From Moniliella sp. 'wahieum' (lineage: Eukaryota), in NCBI GenBank assembly GCA_003971905.1, contig RSEE01000019.1, positions 744,001 to 782,887 on the forward strand: DNA of 38,887 nucleotides, read 5' to 3'. Below are positions 1-11,526 of this stretch, piece after piece (position 1 is the first letter of the stretch; every line of letters starts with the position of its first letter). The position numbers were made by a program, and so were the translations under genes. Under the pieces are notes generated by a model. That model was not told where the DNA came from. It made no database searches and worked only from the letters and a program-made list of their open reading frames with translations.

Positions 1-864
1 TGATATGTTGTGGAGAGAATGTATGACGATATGTACAGGTATACGATTTTTACCCATATAGTATACCCATAGTATAATTCTGAACAGGGGGGTACAGGAC
101 TGGTGCAGGAGAGCATACTACTACTAGTAGTAGCTTGCCCGGTCGGAGGAAGAGCAGAAGCGGCGAAATGAGTTTCACTCGCAGTATCGTCAGGCACAGC
201 AGAGCACAGCTCTGTCACGTTCAACTCTCTTACGGATTTTACTTGCGGCCGATGGGCTGTTGATGATCGATGAGATCGATGATGGCAAAATCGTGTATTG
301 TTGACTATATGATGAGACTACCGGTAGTGACTAGTGACTAGTGACTATCGTGTGCCCCGAGCGGATGTGTGGGAAAAACAGGAACCCTTTAACCAGTAAG
401 AAGGCATTCTCCACAGCTTCACTAACCTTTAGTTCCTCAAGCTTCAAGCCCTTGGCGACATCGAGGCCCGAGGCCTGAGGCTCCTGAGGCCCTGCCACTT
501 CGCTTTGCCCCCTTCCACGTGCCATGCTTCCCCAGTCCACCTCAGACGGGGGGGTAGAGAAGGAGGCGCAGGAAAGCACAGGACGATGCATCCGCGACTC
601 TGGGCCCTGGACTTTGGACCCTGGATCTGGGTGCCTGGGCGTCGGTCCCAGAGCGCGGGGCCAGTGTTTCGGAGATTTGACCCAAAGGCTGCGGCACTGG
701 CTGGCAGAAGAGCGCCATGCATGATGGTTATGTGTCTCATGTATGCGGAGAACTATGCGCTGTCGGGTGCTGGGGGCCATAATGCATAATGCATAACTGC
801 CGCCAGGCGGGCTATTCCGAGCCGTACCATAAAAACGGATGGGGTGTGCTGGTGGTGCTTTCAT

Positions 865-2373
865 ATGTCCTCGCCCCCTTTGTGTTCTTGCCCTCCGTCT
901 CCCCTGCCACCCGTACCCCTTCTCCCCCCGCCCGTTTGGTATCTGCCAGCAATGCCACAGCTCCCCGACCTGGCCCTCGCCTGCCCCCCCGCCCTGCCGT
1001 CACGCCTGCCAGCTGCAGCACCCCAGCCTCAGCCCCATCCTATCCGCCATCACACTGCCCCCTTTCCCCATCTGTTCCCTCCGCAACCGCTTCCCTTTCC
1101 TCTAGGTCCCATCCGCGCGCATCCGCTTCTCGGGCATGGACCTGCCCCTCCCTTGCCCTTCCCGTCTACGGCCTTTCTTCCCCCATACACCCCTCATCAA
1201 GACTGCGATGCGCTCCACCTTTTCCTCCACGGCGACCACAGTAATGGTTCTCTTTCGTCTCCTGAACGTCCTCCTCCTAATAAGGATGATCTCACACTTC
1301 CGTCTACACTGTCGTCATCCGGGACGGAACAACAGGTCTCTTCTCTCCTCGTCCACATATCCCGTCCACCCCAAAGGGGGCAACAAGCAAAGGCACCCGG
1401 AAGGCCCACAGCAAACGTAACCCTCACCTTGTCAACAAGCTGTTTCACATGTTGGAGGATGGATCATGGGATGATGTCGTGCGCTGGTCTTACGCGCGCG
1501 ATAGTTTCGTTGTTGTGGTACGTCGCTGGCCGTCTCAGACCGGGTACGAGAGGAAGGCATGCCTTTTAGACGGGAGAAACTGACTCGAACGTGCATGGGC
1601 ACGGACAGAACTTGGACAAGTTCAACAAGCAGGTACTGCCCTGCCATTTCAAACATTCTAGCTTTTCCAGCTTTGTCCGCCAGCTCAACAAACATGATTT
1701 CCACAAGGTCAAGAGCGATCGAGCCTTGCTGGCAAAACTTTTGGACGTAGATCCGAGGCAAGTCAAGCCAGGACTATTTGGACAAATGTGGGAGTTTAAG
1801 CATCGTTCCTTTCGCTCCGGTCGCCCGACTTGCTCCACTCGATCCAACGCAAGGCCACAACTTTATCGCCCAACAGTCTTGCCAGTACGACCACCTCGGT
1901 ACTGGCCAAAAAAGATAAGGACATGTCCCCTCCCCTCTCCTCTATGCCGAGGAAGTCTGCCCCGACACCCCCATATCCCCCACCAACAACAACGCGGTAA
2001 AGGAGGATGTGACCGACCTCAAGCAACAGTTGAGCAGCTTGCAAGTCATCCAAGATGAGATGATCGACCATCTTGGCGCGCTTACCAAACAGTATGAGAC
2101 AGTGATTACCGACATGGTGCAGGTCCAAGAAACTTGGTATATCAGGATAAGCTTATGCAGCTCCTCGTCCGCCAGTTGGCAACTGCCGACACTGCCATAC
2201 TTACCACCGCCAACGCATCCTTCCCTTCTGTCTCCACGCGCCGTGCACCTTATTTGATGCATCCCAGTCCCACCCTCTCCGTTCACTCGAATTCGTCATC
2301 CCATACCAAGGACACAATGATTCAGCTCCCCAACAGTCCAGTCTCATCACTGAAAGCATCTCATCCTTCGTAA
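865..2373 (+). CDS. HSF-type DNA-binding domain transcription factor (Skn7/Sfl1/Hsf family-like, no receiver domain seen)
   Basis: Joining frames gives VNKLFHMLEDGSWDDVVRWSYARDSFVVV, intron 1518-1608 (GTACGT..CTGAC..CAG), then NLDKFNKQVLPCHFKHSSFSSFVRQLNKHDFHKVK...WEFKHRSFRSGR, a canonical HSF DNA-binding domain. A coiled coil follows (DLKQQLSSLQVIQDEMIDHL). Several frameshifts; start uncertain. Confidence 0.85.
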
Positions 2374-3010
2374 CGCCGACCCCGTGCCGCCGCCACTACC
2401 TCTCTTCCTCCCCACGCAAACCGACGGACGAGCTCGCATATGGAGTTTCTTACCTGCGTTGGTAGACAGCGCTACATTCCCTTCTTCTTGTCACGGGTCT
2501 ATTGTTTGGATGGGGCAGACATCTGCCCATTTTCGTTTTCAGGTTGTTGTAATATATCTGCCACGGGCTCTTTTTTTTGGGGGACTTTAACCGGTGCTAC
2601 CCTCTGCACCCTGTCACTTCTCTTGTTCTGGTCGTCTCATCTTCATTGGCATCACCCAAACCACTCTCGATCTCTTCTTACACATGCAGGTATATGCATA
2701 TAGATTTGTAGAATTTCCCTAGCCCCTCTCCTACCCCGTTGTTGTCTCTTTACGCCGGAGGTGGGTGTAGTCAACGTGCGGCATCTTGGCGTTCAATGCA
2801 GACGATAGTAGAGGTGCTGTGGCAGAAGACATCACTACTATAGTAGTGCCTTTGTATTATAACTTTTCCTTCCTTCTCTGGCGAGAGAGTCTTGGTATTG
2901 CAGTTGTTTCGTAGTTGCCTTCACTCCGTTTTCTTCTACTTTGCATAGTACGATTTTCAAACCGCAACTATGGTGTTCATTGATAAGGTAAGGCAGCCCT
3001 CCAAGGCATC

Positions 3011-3094
3011 GGGCGGATAGCTCAGTTGGTAGAGCGCATGCTTCGCATTCCACGTGCACATGTGAGGTCTGGGGTTCGATTCCCTATTCGTCCA
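3011..3094 (+). tRNA. tRNA-Ala(CGC) with a short (~11 nt) intron
   Basis: Acceptor stem GGGCGGA/TTCGTCC with G3:U70, D arm GCTC-AGTTGGTA-GAGC, anticodon loop TT-CGC-A, T arm TGGGG-TTCGATT-CCCTA, discriminator A. Confidence 0.88.
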
Positions 3095-3096
3095 GC

Positions 3097-3102
3097 TTTT
3101 TT
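3097..3102 (+). terminator. RNA Pol III oligo-dT terminator
   Basis: T6 run 2 nt after the tRNA 3' end. Confidence 0.75.
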
Positions 3103-4455
3103 GGGTTCCGTTGATGAAGCGAACGCAGCCTGCCACCCTCTCCATCTCGCGCTCCCACCTTCTGCCAATGCCAAAGGTATCCCCTTGGAAGAGACGTTCC
3201 CATGACTCAAGGATCCCGACATCCTTTGCCCTTGCAGGCATTGTGGAGTATCCATACGACTACCAGAATGGTTCGTGCCGATTCCGGAGGCGGCTGACCA
3301 TCCGACAGCATGCGTTCCTCGTTAATAGCTGCTCATCGGGACGCGCTGGCTACACGCTACTAACTCTGGTCACCCCCCCCCCTCGGGTAGCTTGGAACCT
3401 CCTACGACGCGGTCTCCCCATTTTGGACCCAGAGAGTTGGGCAGTGCCGCCATCTATTAGCCTAGTACTGTTCTGACCACCACCCGCTCGTCCAGACCCG
3501 CTTAGCCGAGCCACTGTGCACACAGCGAGCCACATACAAACATGGGGCACGGTGTGGGGGACAACCTGAGGGCGCCTACACTCGGACCGAAACCCAATAC
3601 AGCGACGCGGACGACAACAGCTTCCCCGTTCAACCCCTGTCGAACCAGCCCCAAGGGCAGCTCAATTTGCCAGGCAATGTTGGCCACATGGCGTGTGCTT
3701 GGGCGGCCGATGAGCTAGCCTCGAGGGTCGCCGGTTGATCCAGTTCTGGCGCAAGCAGGAAGGGTAACACCATCTAGCTACCTTCCACCCATCTCACCTG
3801 TCCAATACGTATAAAGGACTCGATTGTGTCTCATGCAACTTCGGTGCAGACGGAACAAGTGCTACAGTAATCGTTCGAATTGCTTGCTTCAACGCTGAAG
3901 CACTTGAGGGCGACAACTTTTCGATTCAGGAGGAGGCACATTTCCGGCGTCTCCTGGAGCTCTTTCGCTCCGAGACGATCCCCAAGCACTCGGTGGATGG
4001 GAACATTTTTTCAGTGGATGATGAACTTTAAGGATCCCAAGCCCTGCATCGTCTCGAAGGACATGGTGATTCTCCTGTGGAGTGCGCTGGACAAAGTGAT
4101 TCCCGGGCCTAATCGAGTGTATAGGATATGTGAACGACGTTCCAGAGATGGAGGCGCATATCCCGACGTATCTGCCTCTCCGTCGCCGTAACTGGGCCCA
4201 CAGCATGCACCTTGCCCTCGTTTCGTCCCCCAGGCATATGGCTTGCTGCCATCAGGCGCGCACGAACGAAGACTCGCCCTTGCACTCTGTGTTGACACCC
4301 TTGTCGCCTCCGGCACTGCGGTATTGTGCACCAGTTAGACAGGCAGGAGCATGCCGTTCTTGTTTTTGTTCTGAATTACCCCGCCCCAACCGAGGCTGAC
4401 GTAAGCATGCACCCGCGGTGCTGCGGCAGGTAAGACATGGCGCGCCGCACGGCCC

Positions 4456-7400
4456 ATGCGAGACCCTCCTCCGAGAGGCTGGGGTGGCCAGACCTTTGCG
4501 TGTTCGGCGTGTGTGTTAGGCTGGCGTGACGCTTGGCGCTGTGCGGCCCCCCGCCGCGCCTTGGCGTCCTTCCGCTGCCCGCGCCCGCCTTCCCCGTCAC
4601 CGCCACCGCCCACCGCCGTCGCCACCCCCGCCCCGCCTTCTCCACCCCCGCCACCACGCCCCCCCCCCCACCCCCCCTCCCCCCTCCCCACCAGCCAGCC
4701 AACGCTGCTGACGACCTGCCTCTTTGATCTGGCCCTCAGCTTCTGGCGCGTTTGCTCCGCATCTTCTTCCGCTCCATCCAGCCCCGTGCTCCTGGCACAT
4801 CCCCGCTGCCAACTCTGGCACGGCTGTCCTCTTTGCGGGTGCTCCCCACCACAACCAGTTCCTCGACCCTTTGGTCCTGGGCATCGAAGCCTTCCGCGCG
4901 TCCGGCCGCGCGCGCTCAGCTCCTCACCGCGGAAAAGAGCTTGCGTCGCAAGTTCATTGGCCCGGCCGCCCGCATGATGGGCTCCATCTCTGTTGTTCGC
5001 GCGGCCGACTGTGCTAAGCCTGGCTTTGGCCGCATCTCGTATTGGCCCGACGGAGATGGAGACAACCTACTGCGAATCCAGGGGCACGGCACCCAGTTCA
5101 CCCAGCAGCTCACCCCCCGTGCCCAGCTGGTACTGCCCAAACGCTTTGGCTCTGCTTCAGCCGAAGTGGTTAAGGTGGTGAGTGATACAGAGTGCATCAT
5201 CAAGGCTCCCTTTAAGGATGTGCCAAAGAAGCTGCCGGTGCGACAAGCTCTTGCCCCCCTTCTGCCGCCTCGTCTAATCCCGGAGCATCAGCCTCCTCCA
5301 GAGGAGACGAAGCCTCTTCTGGAGCCCAGCTCGTCAGAACAAGCCAGGCACTGAGTTTATTGTTTTCCCCCCCCCCACATCGACCAATCCAGCATGTACG
5401 CCCAAGTGTTCGACAAACTCAACGAAGGTGGCAGCTTAGGCATATTCCCTGAAGGTAGAGACTCCCTCCCCTCCCCCATTCTCTTTCTCCGTCAATCTCT
5501 TTCGTCCATGCCATTCCCTGACTCCTCTCTCTTCCCGTTCAGGTGGATCGCACGATCGTACGGACTTGCTTCCGCTTAAGCGCGGTGTAGTGATCATGGC
5601 TCGGGGCGCGATTAAGGCCAACCCGAAACTGAAGGTGCAAATTGTGCCGGTCGGCTTGTCGTATTTCCACCCGCACAAGTTTCGGTCGCGTGCGGTCGTC
5701 GAATTTGGCAGTCCGATTGATGTACCCTCTGACCTAGTCCAGCTCTTTGCCCAAGGAGGAGACAAGAAGCGCAAGCGGTGGAAGAGTTGATGGACATTGT
5801 GTACAATGGGCTCAAGTCGGTCACACAACTTGCCCCCGATTATGAGACGCTCCAGCTCATCCAAGCTGGGCGGCGACTGTATGTCCCACGGGAATGAACT
5901 ACAGTGGTGACCTGGAACCCATGCTGGATTGGACACAGCACACCACCGCACGCCTTCAAGGGACAACATGACCCCATCTGCCCATGCTCATTTGAGTCTG
6001 GCCAGGTGGTGACCTGAACCGCCGTTTCATTCTGGGCTACATGACGTTCAAGGACGACCCTCGCGTCCAGCGTTTCAAAGCGTCGGTATTGGCCTACAAC
6101 CGTCGCTTGGCCGACTTGGGGCTGCGAGATCATCAAGTGGAGGTGGCACGACAAGCCAATTTCCACGTGGTTGGATTGCTTTTGTACCGTACTTTTCTTC
6201 TGCTGTTGTGGGGTGGCTTGGCTTTGCCCGGGTTTATCTTGAACATGCCCATTTTCATTGTGGCCAAGGTGATCAGCCACAAGAAGGCCAAGGAGGCACT
6301 GGAAGCGTCCCAGGTGAAGCTCCAAGGCCGCGATGTGCTGGCCACCTGGAAAATCCTGTCTCGCTCGCATGGCACCGATCTTGTATGCCTTCTATGCCAT
6401 TCTCCTGGCCTATTACCTCTACACACGCCAACTGCTGCCCATGCCCATGCTTGGTGGCTTGCCCCCCTCTCCGCCTTGGCCTCCATGCCACTCTTGGCCT
6501 ACAGTACCATCAAGTTTGGCGAGGCGGGCCTGGATATTACAAGTCGCTCCCTCCCCTCGTCGTCAGTCTCATCCCTGGCCGTGGTTCTCAGATTGAGGCA
6601 CTGCAGCACACCCGGCGTCTGTTGGCACGCGACCTGCAGCAGCTCATTGACGAGTTGGCACCCCAAATCTGGCCTGACATGCCCAGTACAAACAGACAAT
6701 GCTCCAACGTGCCGAACGCCAACACAAGTCGAGCGTGGCGGCTACCACAAACGAGCTCTCTGTTCCGGCCCCCTTGGGTCTTCCAGGTGCATGGATCGAA
6801 GACGAAGCGTTGTTTGGATGGCGTGCTTCGGGCCACCACCGTTCAGACTCGCATCGGTTTCCATCTCCCTTTCTTTCGCCACAGCTCGCGCGCACTTCAC
6901 CTGCGCTCGCTGGCGCGTTCATCCTCCCTCACCTCACCCCCACTGCCCAGCCCAGGCACAGGTGGCATTCCTGAATTGGCTTTGCCTCTGGCGGCGCAGA
7001 ACGGGGTCCAAGACACGGAAGCGGCCGAGGAAGAAGCACTTCCGCCCCTGGATGAAGCAGAGTACTTGGCTGCGCTCGACTTGGCTGCGTCCGAAGTGGG
7101 CAGCTACGCCAGCACGTTTACCCGTGCCGCCGCTGCGGCTCGGACCCACCAGGCTGAAAGGCGACTAGACAGCCTCGCCCGCCAGCTTGCTCGGCGCATC
7201 GGGCTGTCCCCCTCGTTGGCCAAGGCACGCAAGAACTTGTTTCATTCCTTGTCGAAGTTGCTTCCTCCTAAGTCGGAACCAGGGACATGGCCGAGCCCGA
7301 ACCCAAGCTCGAGACCGAGACCGTGACCGAGACCGGACTGACCCCCAGCACCCACTCGCCCACCAGCGCACCAGTGGGCACACCGCCACTGACCTCACGG

Positions 7401-7817
7401 CGCCCGCGCGAGCGGGCGGCCGCGCCTACGGTGCTTCAGGTGCCGCGCCACCGCTTTCGCACTCGCTCTCATACACTTGAGGAGACATTTCGGCCGGCGA
7501 GCTGCGTGCGCACTATGCCGCTGCTTCGGCGGCCTTAGCGGACGCGGATGGGTCCCCCGCGCACGCGAGGGGCAAGAACGAGACCGAGACCGAGAACCTG
7601 GCTCAGGTCCCGTTTGACCGTGCGGCTCACCTCTCTCGAAGGCCACGGCCACGGCTACGGCCACGGTCAAGGTCCACGGTGCGACGACCCGTTACTGACC
7701 TCGCCCTTGCACTTGCCCCCGCTTCGACCGATCCCCAAGCTGGACGAGATCCCACAAGCTAGTCGCACCCCGTCTCGTCCTGCCAGCCCCGCGCTTTCGC
7801 CTCACATGCCGCCATAA
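4456..7817 (+). CDS. SCT1: Glycerol-3-phosphate/DHAP O-acyltransferase (Sct1/Gpt2 family)
   Basis: Motifs LRIFFRSI, GAPHHNQFLDP (HxxxxD), GIFPEG|GSHDR across intron 5455-5542, IVPVGLSYFHPHKFRSRAVVEFG, and KKAKEALEASQVKLQGRDVLATWK. Long low-complexity C-terminus. Multiple frameshifts; start and end approximate. Confidence 0.9.
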
Positions 7818-7939
7818 GGGCCTAACCCCTAACGCCACTTCTCATAACATGTAACAAGTGGCCCAGACCCCGTCGATGAACAAGATTCTCCCCAGCGCGA
7901 GCCTCCTTTTGGTGTTTATTACGCGTCGTTGCATGTTAG

Positions 7940-7973
7940 GTGACCGGTGACCAGTGACCAGTGACCAGTGACC
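7940..7973. repeat. Heptamer tandem repeat (GTGACCR) x5
   Basis: GTGACCG GTGACCA GTGACCA GTGACCA GTGACC read directly. Confidence 0.9.
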
Positions 7974-8440
7974 GTAGAATAGACAGGCATTTCAACTGCC
8001 GCCCTTCGCTCCCTCCTGGCTAGGGTTCCCCGGCCTACCAATTTCACTCCCCCTTGTTTATTTTTTTCGTAGCGAATTATGGCCAAGCCGTAAGCGCGGG
8101 ACTGGGGGTAAGCTGACTGACAAGCCTTACCCCTTACCGGTTACCCTTGAGCTCAAGCTTGAGCAGACTGAGTACTGAGCGCCTGAGCGGAGAGACAGTG
8201 GGAGAGAGGTGGCTACCGCAGGGGAACCAGGAGAGAGAGGAGCTGGCAAGATACAGCATGGAGAAGACCGTGGGCGGTGATTGAAAAAAAAGACAAAAAG
8301 AGGAGACACGGGGCAACGTAGGGCTGTGGCGATGGGATGTGTGAAGGAGGGGGAGGGGGGTGGGGGGGTGGGGAATGGTCCAGAGGAGGGGGTACAAGGG
8401 CAGACGTAAGGTACTGGGTGCCTTCACGCTGTTGACTCAC

Positions 8441-9251
8441 AAGCTGCTACTACCAGCGGCGTTGGCCTGGGAGGAGGAAAAAGGGGGAACACAACGTCAG
8501 TAGGCGAGCAGGGGGGGAACAAAGGGAAACGGAGGAAACCGCAGGGACACGACGTACTGCTTGCTTCAGCGCCTGAGTCGGCAACATTTGCGGCGGGTTG
8601 AAGCGTTGCCACATCAGCGGCTTCAAAGAGCCGTCCCAGTCGTACAGCTGGAGGTAATACGCTGCCTCGTCGTAGTGGGTATCGATGCCGATCTGGAACC
8701 CCTTGAGGGTCTCCTTTTGGCCATACCATTGTACCTGCTCCGAGTGGCTGTTGCACCGCGACGCTTGCAGCATCGCTCCGTCTGCCGGGAAGGGGTTGAG
8801 GATGACCCAGTTGGTATCGTTGACAGTGTAGGAGCCGTGTTGCCAGATCAGATACGCCGACACGCACATTGGGTTGCTGCCGTTGATGTTGTACTGGTAC
8901 AGGGCCTCCTCAAAGAAGCCATCGTCGGTAAAGCTGTAGCTGATGCCGGCCGATTGCGGGTAGGTGAACGAGTTGTTGGCTGGGTTGTAGAAGTTGAGGC
9001 CGGTCAGCACATGGCCTGCGCCGCTGCTCCAGGTGCCACTGAGGGACGTGACATTGTTGGCCTGGCCAATGCCGGTGCCGACGGGCGGCGCAGCGACAGT
9101 GGGCGCGGGCGACGCTACGAGCGCGACGAGCCCAGCCAGGGCGGTGGCCAAGGCGGCGGCGGGGAGGGCGGCGAGGAGGGCGCCGCGGCGGCGCGTGTGC
9201 AGGCGGGGGGGGACGCGGCGGCGGCGGAGGGAGGAGGGGCATCGAGTGCAT
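8441..9251 (-). CDS. ROT1: Rot1 ER chaperone (3' terminal exon unresolved, may extend to ~8134)
   Basis: Hydrophobic leader then NVTSLSGTWSSG..VLTG..FYNP...FTYP...GISYSFTDDGFFEEALY...WQHGSY...YLQLYDWDGSLKP...PPQMLPTQAL, typical of Rot1. Intron 8557-8467 and a second donor GTGAGT at ~8440. Frameshift near the ATG. Confidence 0.88.
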
Positions 9252-10165
9252 CGCACGCAGCCCTGGAGGTGTGGGTGTGGGTGTGGCGGACAGAGCAGGG
9301 GAGAAGGTGGTGGCGCTGGGGGGTGCTGAGCCTGCGCGGCTGCTGCCGCTGGGCGGCTGGCCAGCGCCGCGGGCTGCGGCGCCAGCCCAGTCGCCGCGCG
9401 TGGGCCGGTGGTCTGACCCGTGATCTCACCGGCCGCCGGCGAACAATGCACCCGTGCCGCCCACCCACCCACACTGGTGTGCTGCCGCCCGGCATGGCGG
9501 CCGCATCCCGACCACTGCAGCGCAGCGCAGGGCCTCTCTTGGCACCTGCACACGAGCGCGGCGCGGCGCCAGCCTCGCGGATGGACCCTCTGACCCAGCC
9601 AGCGGCAGGCGGTGGCTGTCCCGCGGCATGCCGCGTCACACAGCCCGTGTGCGGCGCGGTGGCCCCCGATCGCCACTTCTGCGTGGCTGGCGCCCTGCCC
9701 GTGCCGCGGTGCTCCGATCGGCCTGCTTCCCCCTGCTGCGCTGGGAGCAGGCGGGTGTCGACCGGCGGTGTTCCTTGTGGAAGCGCCAGCGTGCATGCGC
9801 TGCCCGGCGACGTGCATGACACTGGCCCCCGGCGCTCCTGCGCGCCCCCCTGCGGATGCGTGCGGGTTTCTGCAATGGGTGTTGTGTGCATGTGACCGGT
9901 GACTGGTGACCCTGATTAGCAGCACCGCGGCAGCTGCCAAATCAAAAGCACCGTGGCCGTCGGACTTGCTAGGGTGAAATCTGAAATCTGAAAGGGGAAC
10001 TGCTGCCTCTGCCCTGGCCCAGCAAGTTGAACATTGCACTCTTCTGATGTGATTACGCAATCCACCTGCCAGCCCGCTTCTTCCGTCGTCTGCGCATCGC
10101 CCATCCGTGCATCTGCGTGCGGTGTGCCTTGCCATCGACGACGACCCGCCGACGGCCCTACAGTC

Positions 10166-10624
10166 ATGCTCGGCGCTCCTCTCCGTTCCCTCCTTCGGCC
10201 TGCCCTCGCGGCCACGACACGGCCCGTCTCGGCGCCCTTTGTGCGGGGAGTGCATATGGCACGGAGTGGTTCCGCTCCCCGTGCGCTGCGCGCCTCTGCG
10301 CGCATCGCCACCCCGCTTGCTACCCCCCTTTCCGCCCCGCTGCCCTCGCACCCGCACTTGCACGCCCACGTCGCGGCCACGCCCGCCACGACGCGCGGAA
10401 TGAAGGTGCGCACGTCGCTCGAGAAGCGGTGCAGCTCGTGCCAGATCGTCCGGCGGCGTGGCAAGACGTTCGTGATTTGCAAGGCGCATCCGCGCCACAA
10501 GCAGGTATGTCCATCGCCCCCCCCCTACCAGGCTCGGTTGGATTTGAGCCAGGAATGATACAGGATGCAGGATGGTACTAATGCGTGCTGCTTGGTTTCT
10601 GTTTCCCAGCGGACACGCAACTAA
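10166..10624 (+). CDS. RTC6: Mitochondrial ribosomal protein bL36m with long targeting presequence
   Basis: Arg/Ala-rich presequence then [37 protein letters not shown] (L36 zinc ribbon). Intron 10505-10609 (GTATGT..TACTAAT..CAG); short last exon RTRN*. Confidence 0.9.
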
Positions 10625-11526
10625 CCTGGCCCGGGTGCGCTTGCGCATAGTCGTCGGCCAGAGGAAGCAGCCCCCCGATGCATGTGATTTGGTTGACTGA
10701 TGCTGCTGCTGCTGAGCGGGGTGCGATGCAAATGCGGTCTGAAGACTTCATTTTGGCATGGGCGAAGATAGCAAGGGGGAAGGCAGATGAGTACTGCTCA
10801 GTAGTCGATGAGGTCTCGTAAGGCCTAGGCTAACCCTCGATGAGGTCGACAAGGGCGGGTTGAGAGCAAAGGAGGGGGTAGGGTTGGGCGACACGTGACC
10901 GCGGGGTGTGATCTGGTGATCGCATGCCGCAGGGCCCAACCACCCACCCCTGTACTGGTCTGCGTCCTGAGGCCCTGGGGCCTGACGCGCTGACGTGACA
11001 TGTGACATGTGGCATGCGACACCTGGCACGCGCACCGGCTAATGGATGATGCAGCCATGCACCTGGCGAGGCACTAGCCCAGCCAGTGGCTAGTGGCCGG
11101 AGCGAGCGGCTCGATCAGGTGCGAGCACAGGCGCGCAGGGGCACAGTACCGAGGCAAGGATGATCGGGGGTTGGTGACCGGTGAGCAATGGCGATGCAGG
11201 CGCCACGCGGTGGCTCTGACGCGTGAGGGTGAGGGGTGACGGGTGCGGGCACAGGCGCCGTGCTGGCGCTGCGGCCGCAGCCACGACGCAGCACGCAGGC
11301 AGCGCGGCCGGCATGTCGGCGGGGCATCGCAGCGGGCGTTCGCATTGCAGGTGGCCTGGCGTGCCGCGTAGCCGGGGGCGGTGGATGCTGTGTGGCCGCC
11401 GCCCTGCAACCAGGCCACACCCACCGCCGGCCCCCACCCCGCCGCCGCCGCCTCGGCCGTGGCAGAGCGCGCGGCCGCCCCACGCACCCTCCCTCCCGAC
11501 CACCACTCCACCCCCCGTCTCTGGCC

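Noticed and set aside
3810..4200. TATAAA followed by coding-like sequence
   Set aside because: No consistent frame or recognisable domain; cannot support a gene call.
7311..7680. GAGACC and GGCCAC hexamer repeats
   Set aside because: Ordinary low-complexity coding repeats in the SCT1 C-terminal tail.
7822..7833. CTAACCCCTAAC resembling a telomerase RNA template
   Set aside because: It has an extra C, lies just after the SCT1 stop, and no supporting telomerase RNA structure was recognised. A chance match is likely.
8561..9895. 444-aa plus-strand ORF
   Set aside because: Antisense shadow of ROT1 plus GC-rich intergenic DNA; no recognisable domain.
8450..10648. 732-aa minus-strand ORF
   Set aside because: Only the last ~220 aa are Rot1. 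The rest is GC-rich read-through across an intergenic region and the antisense of bL36m.
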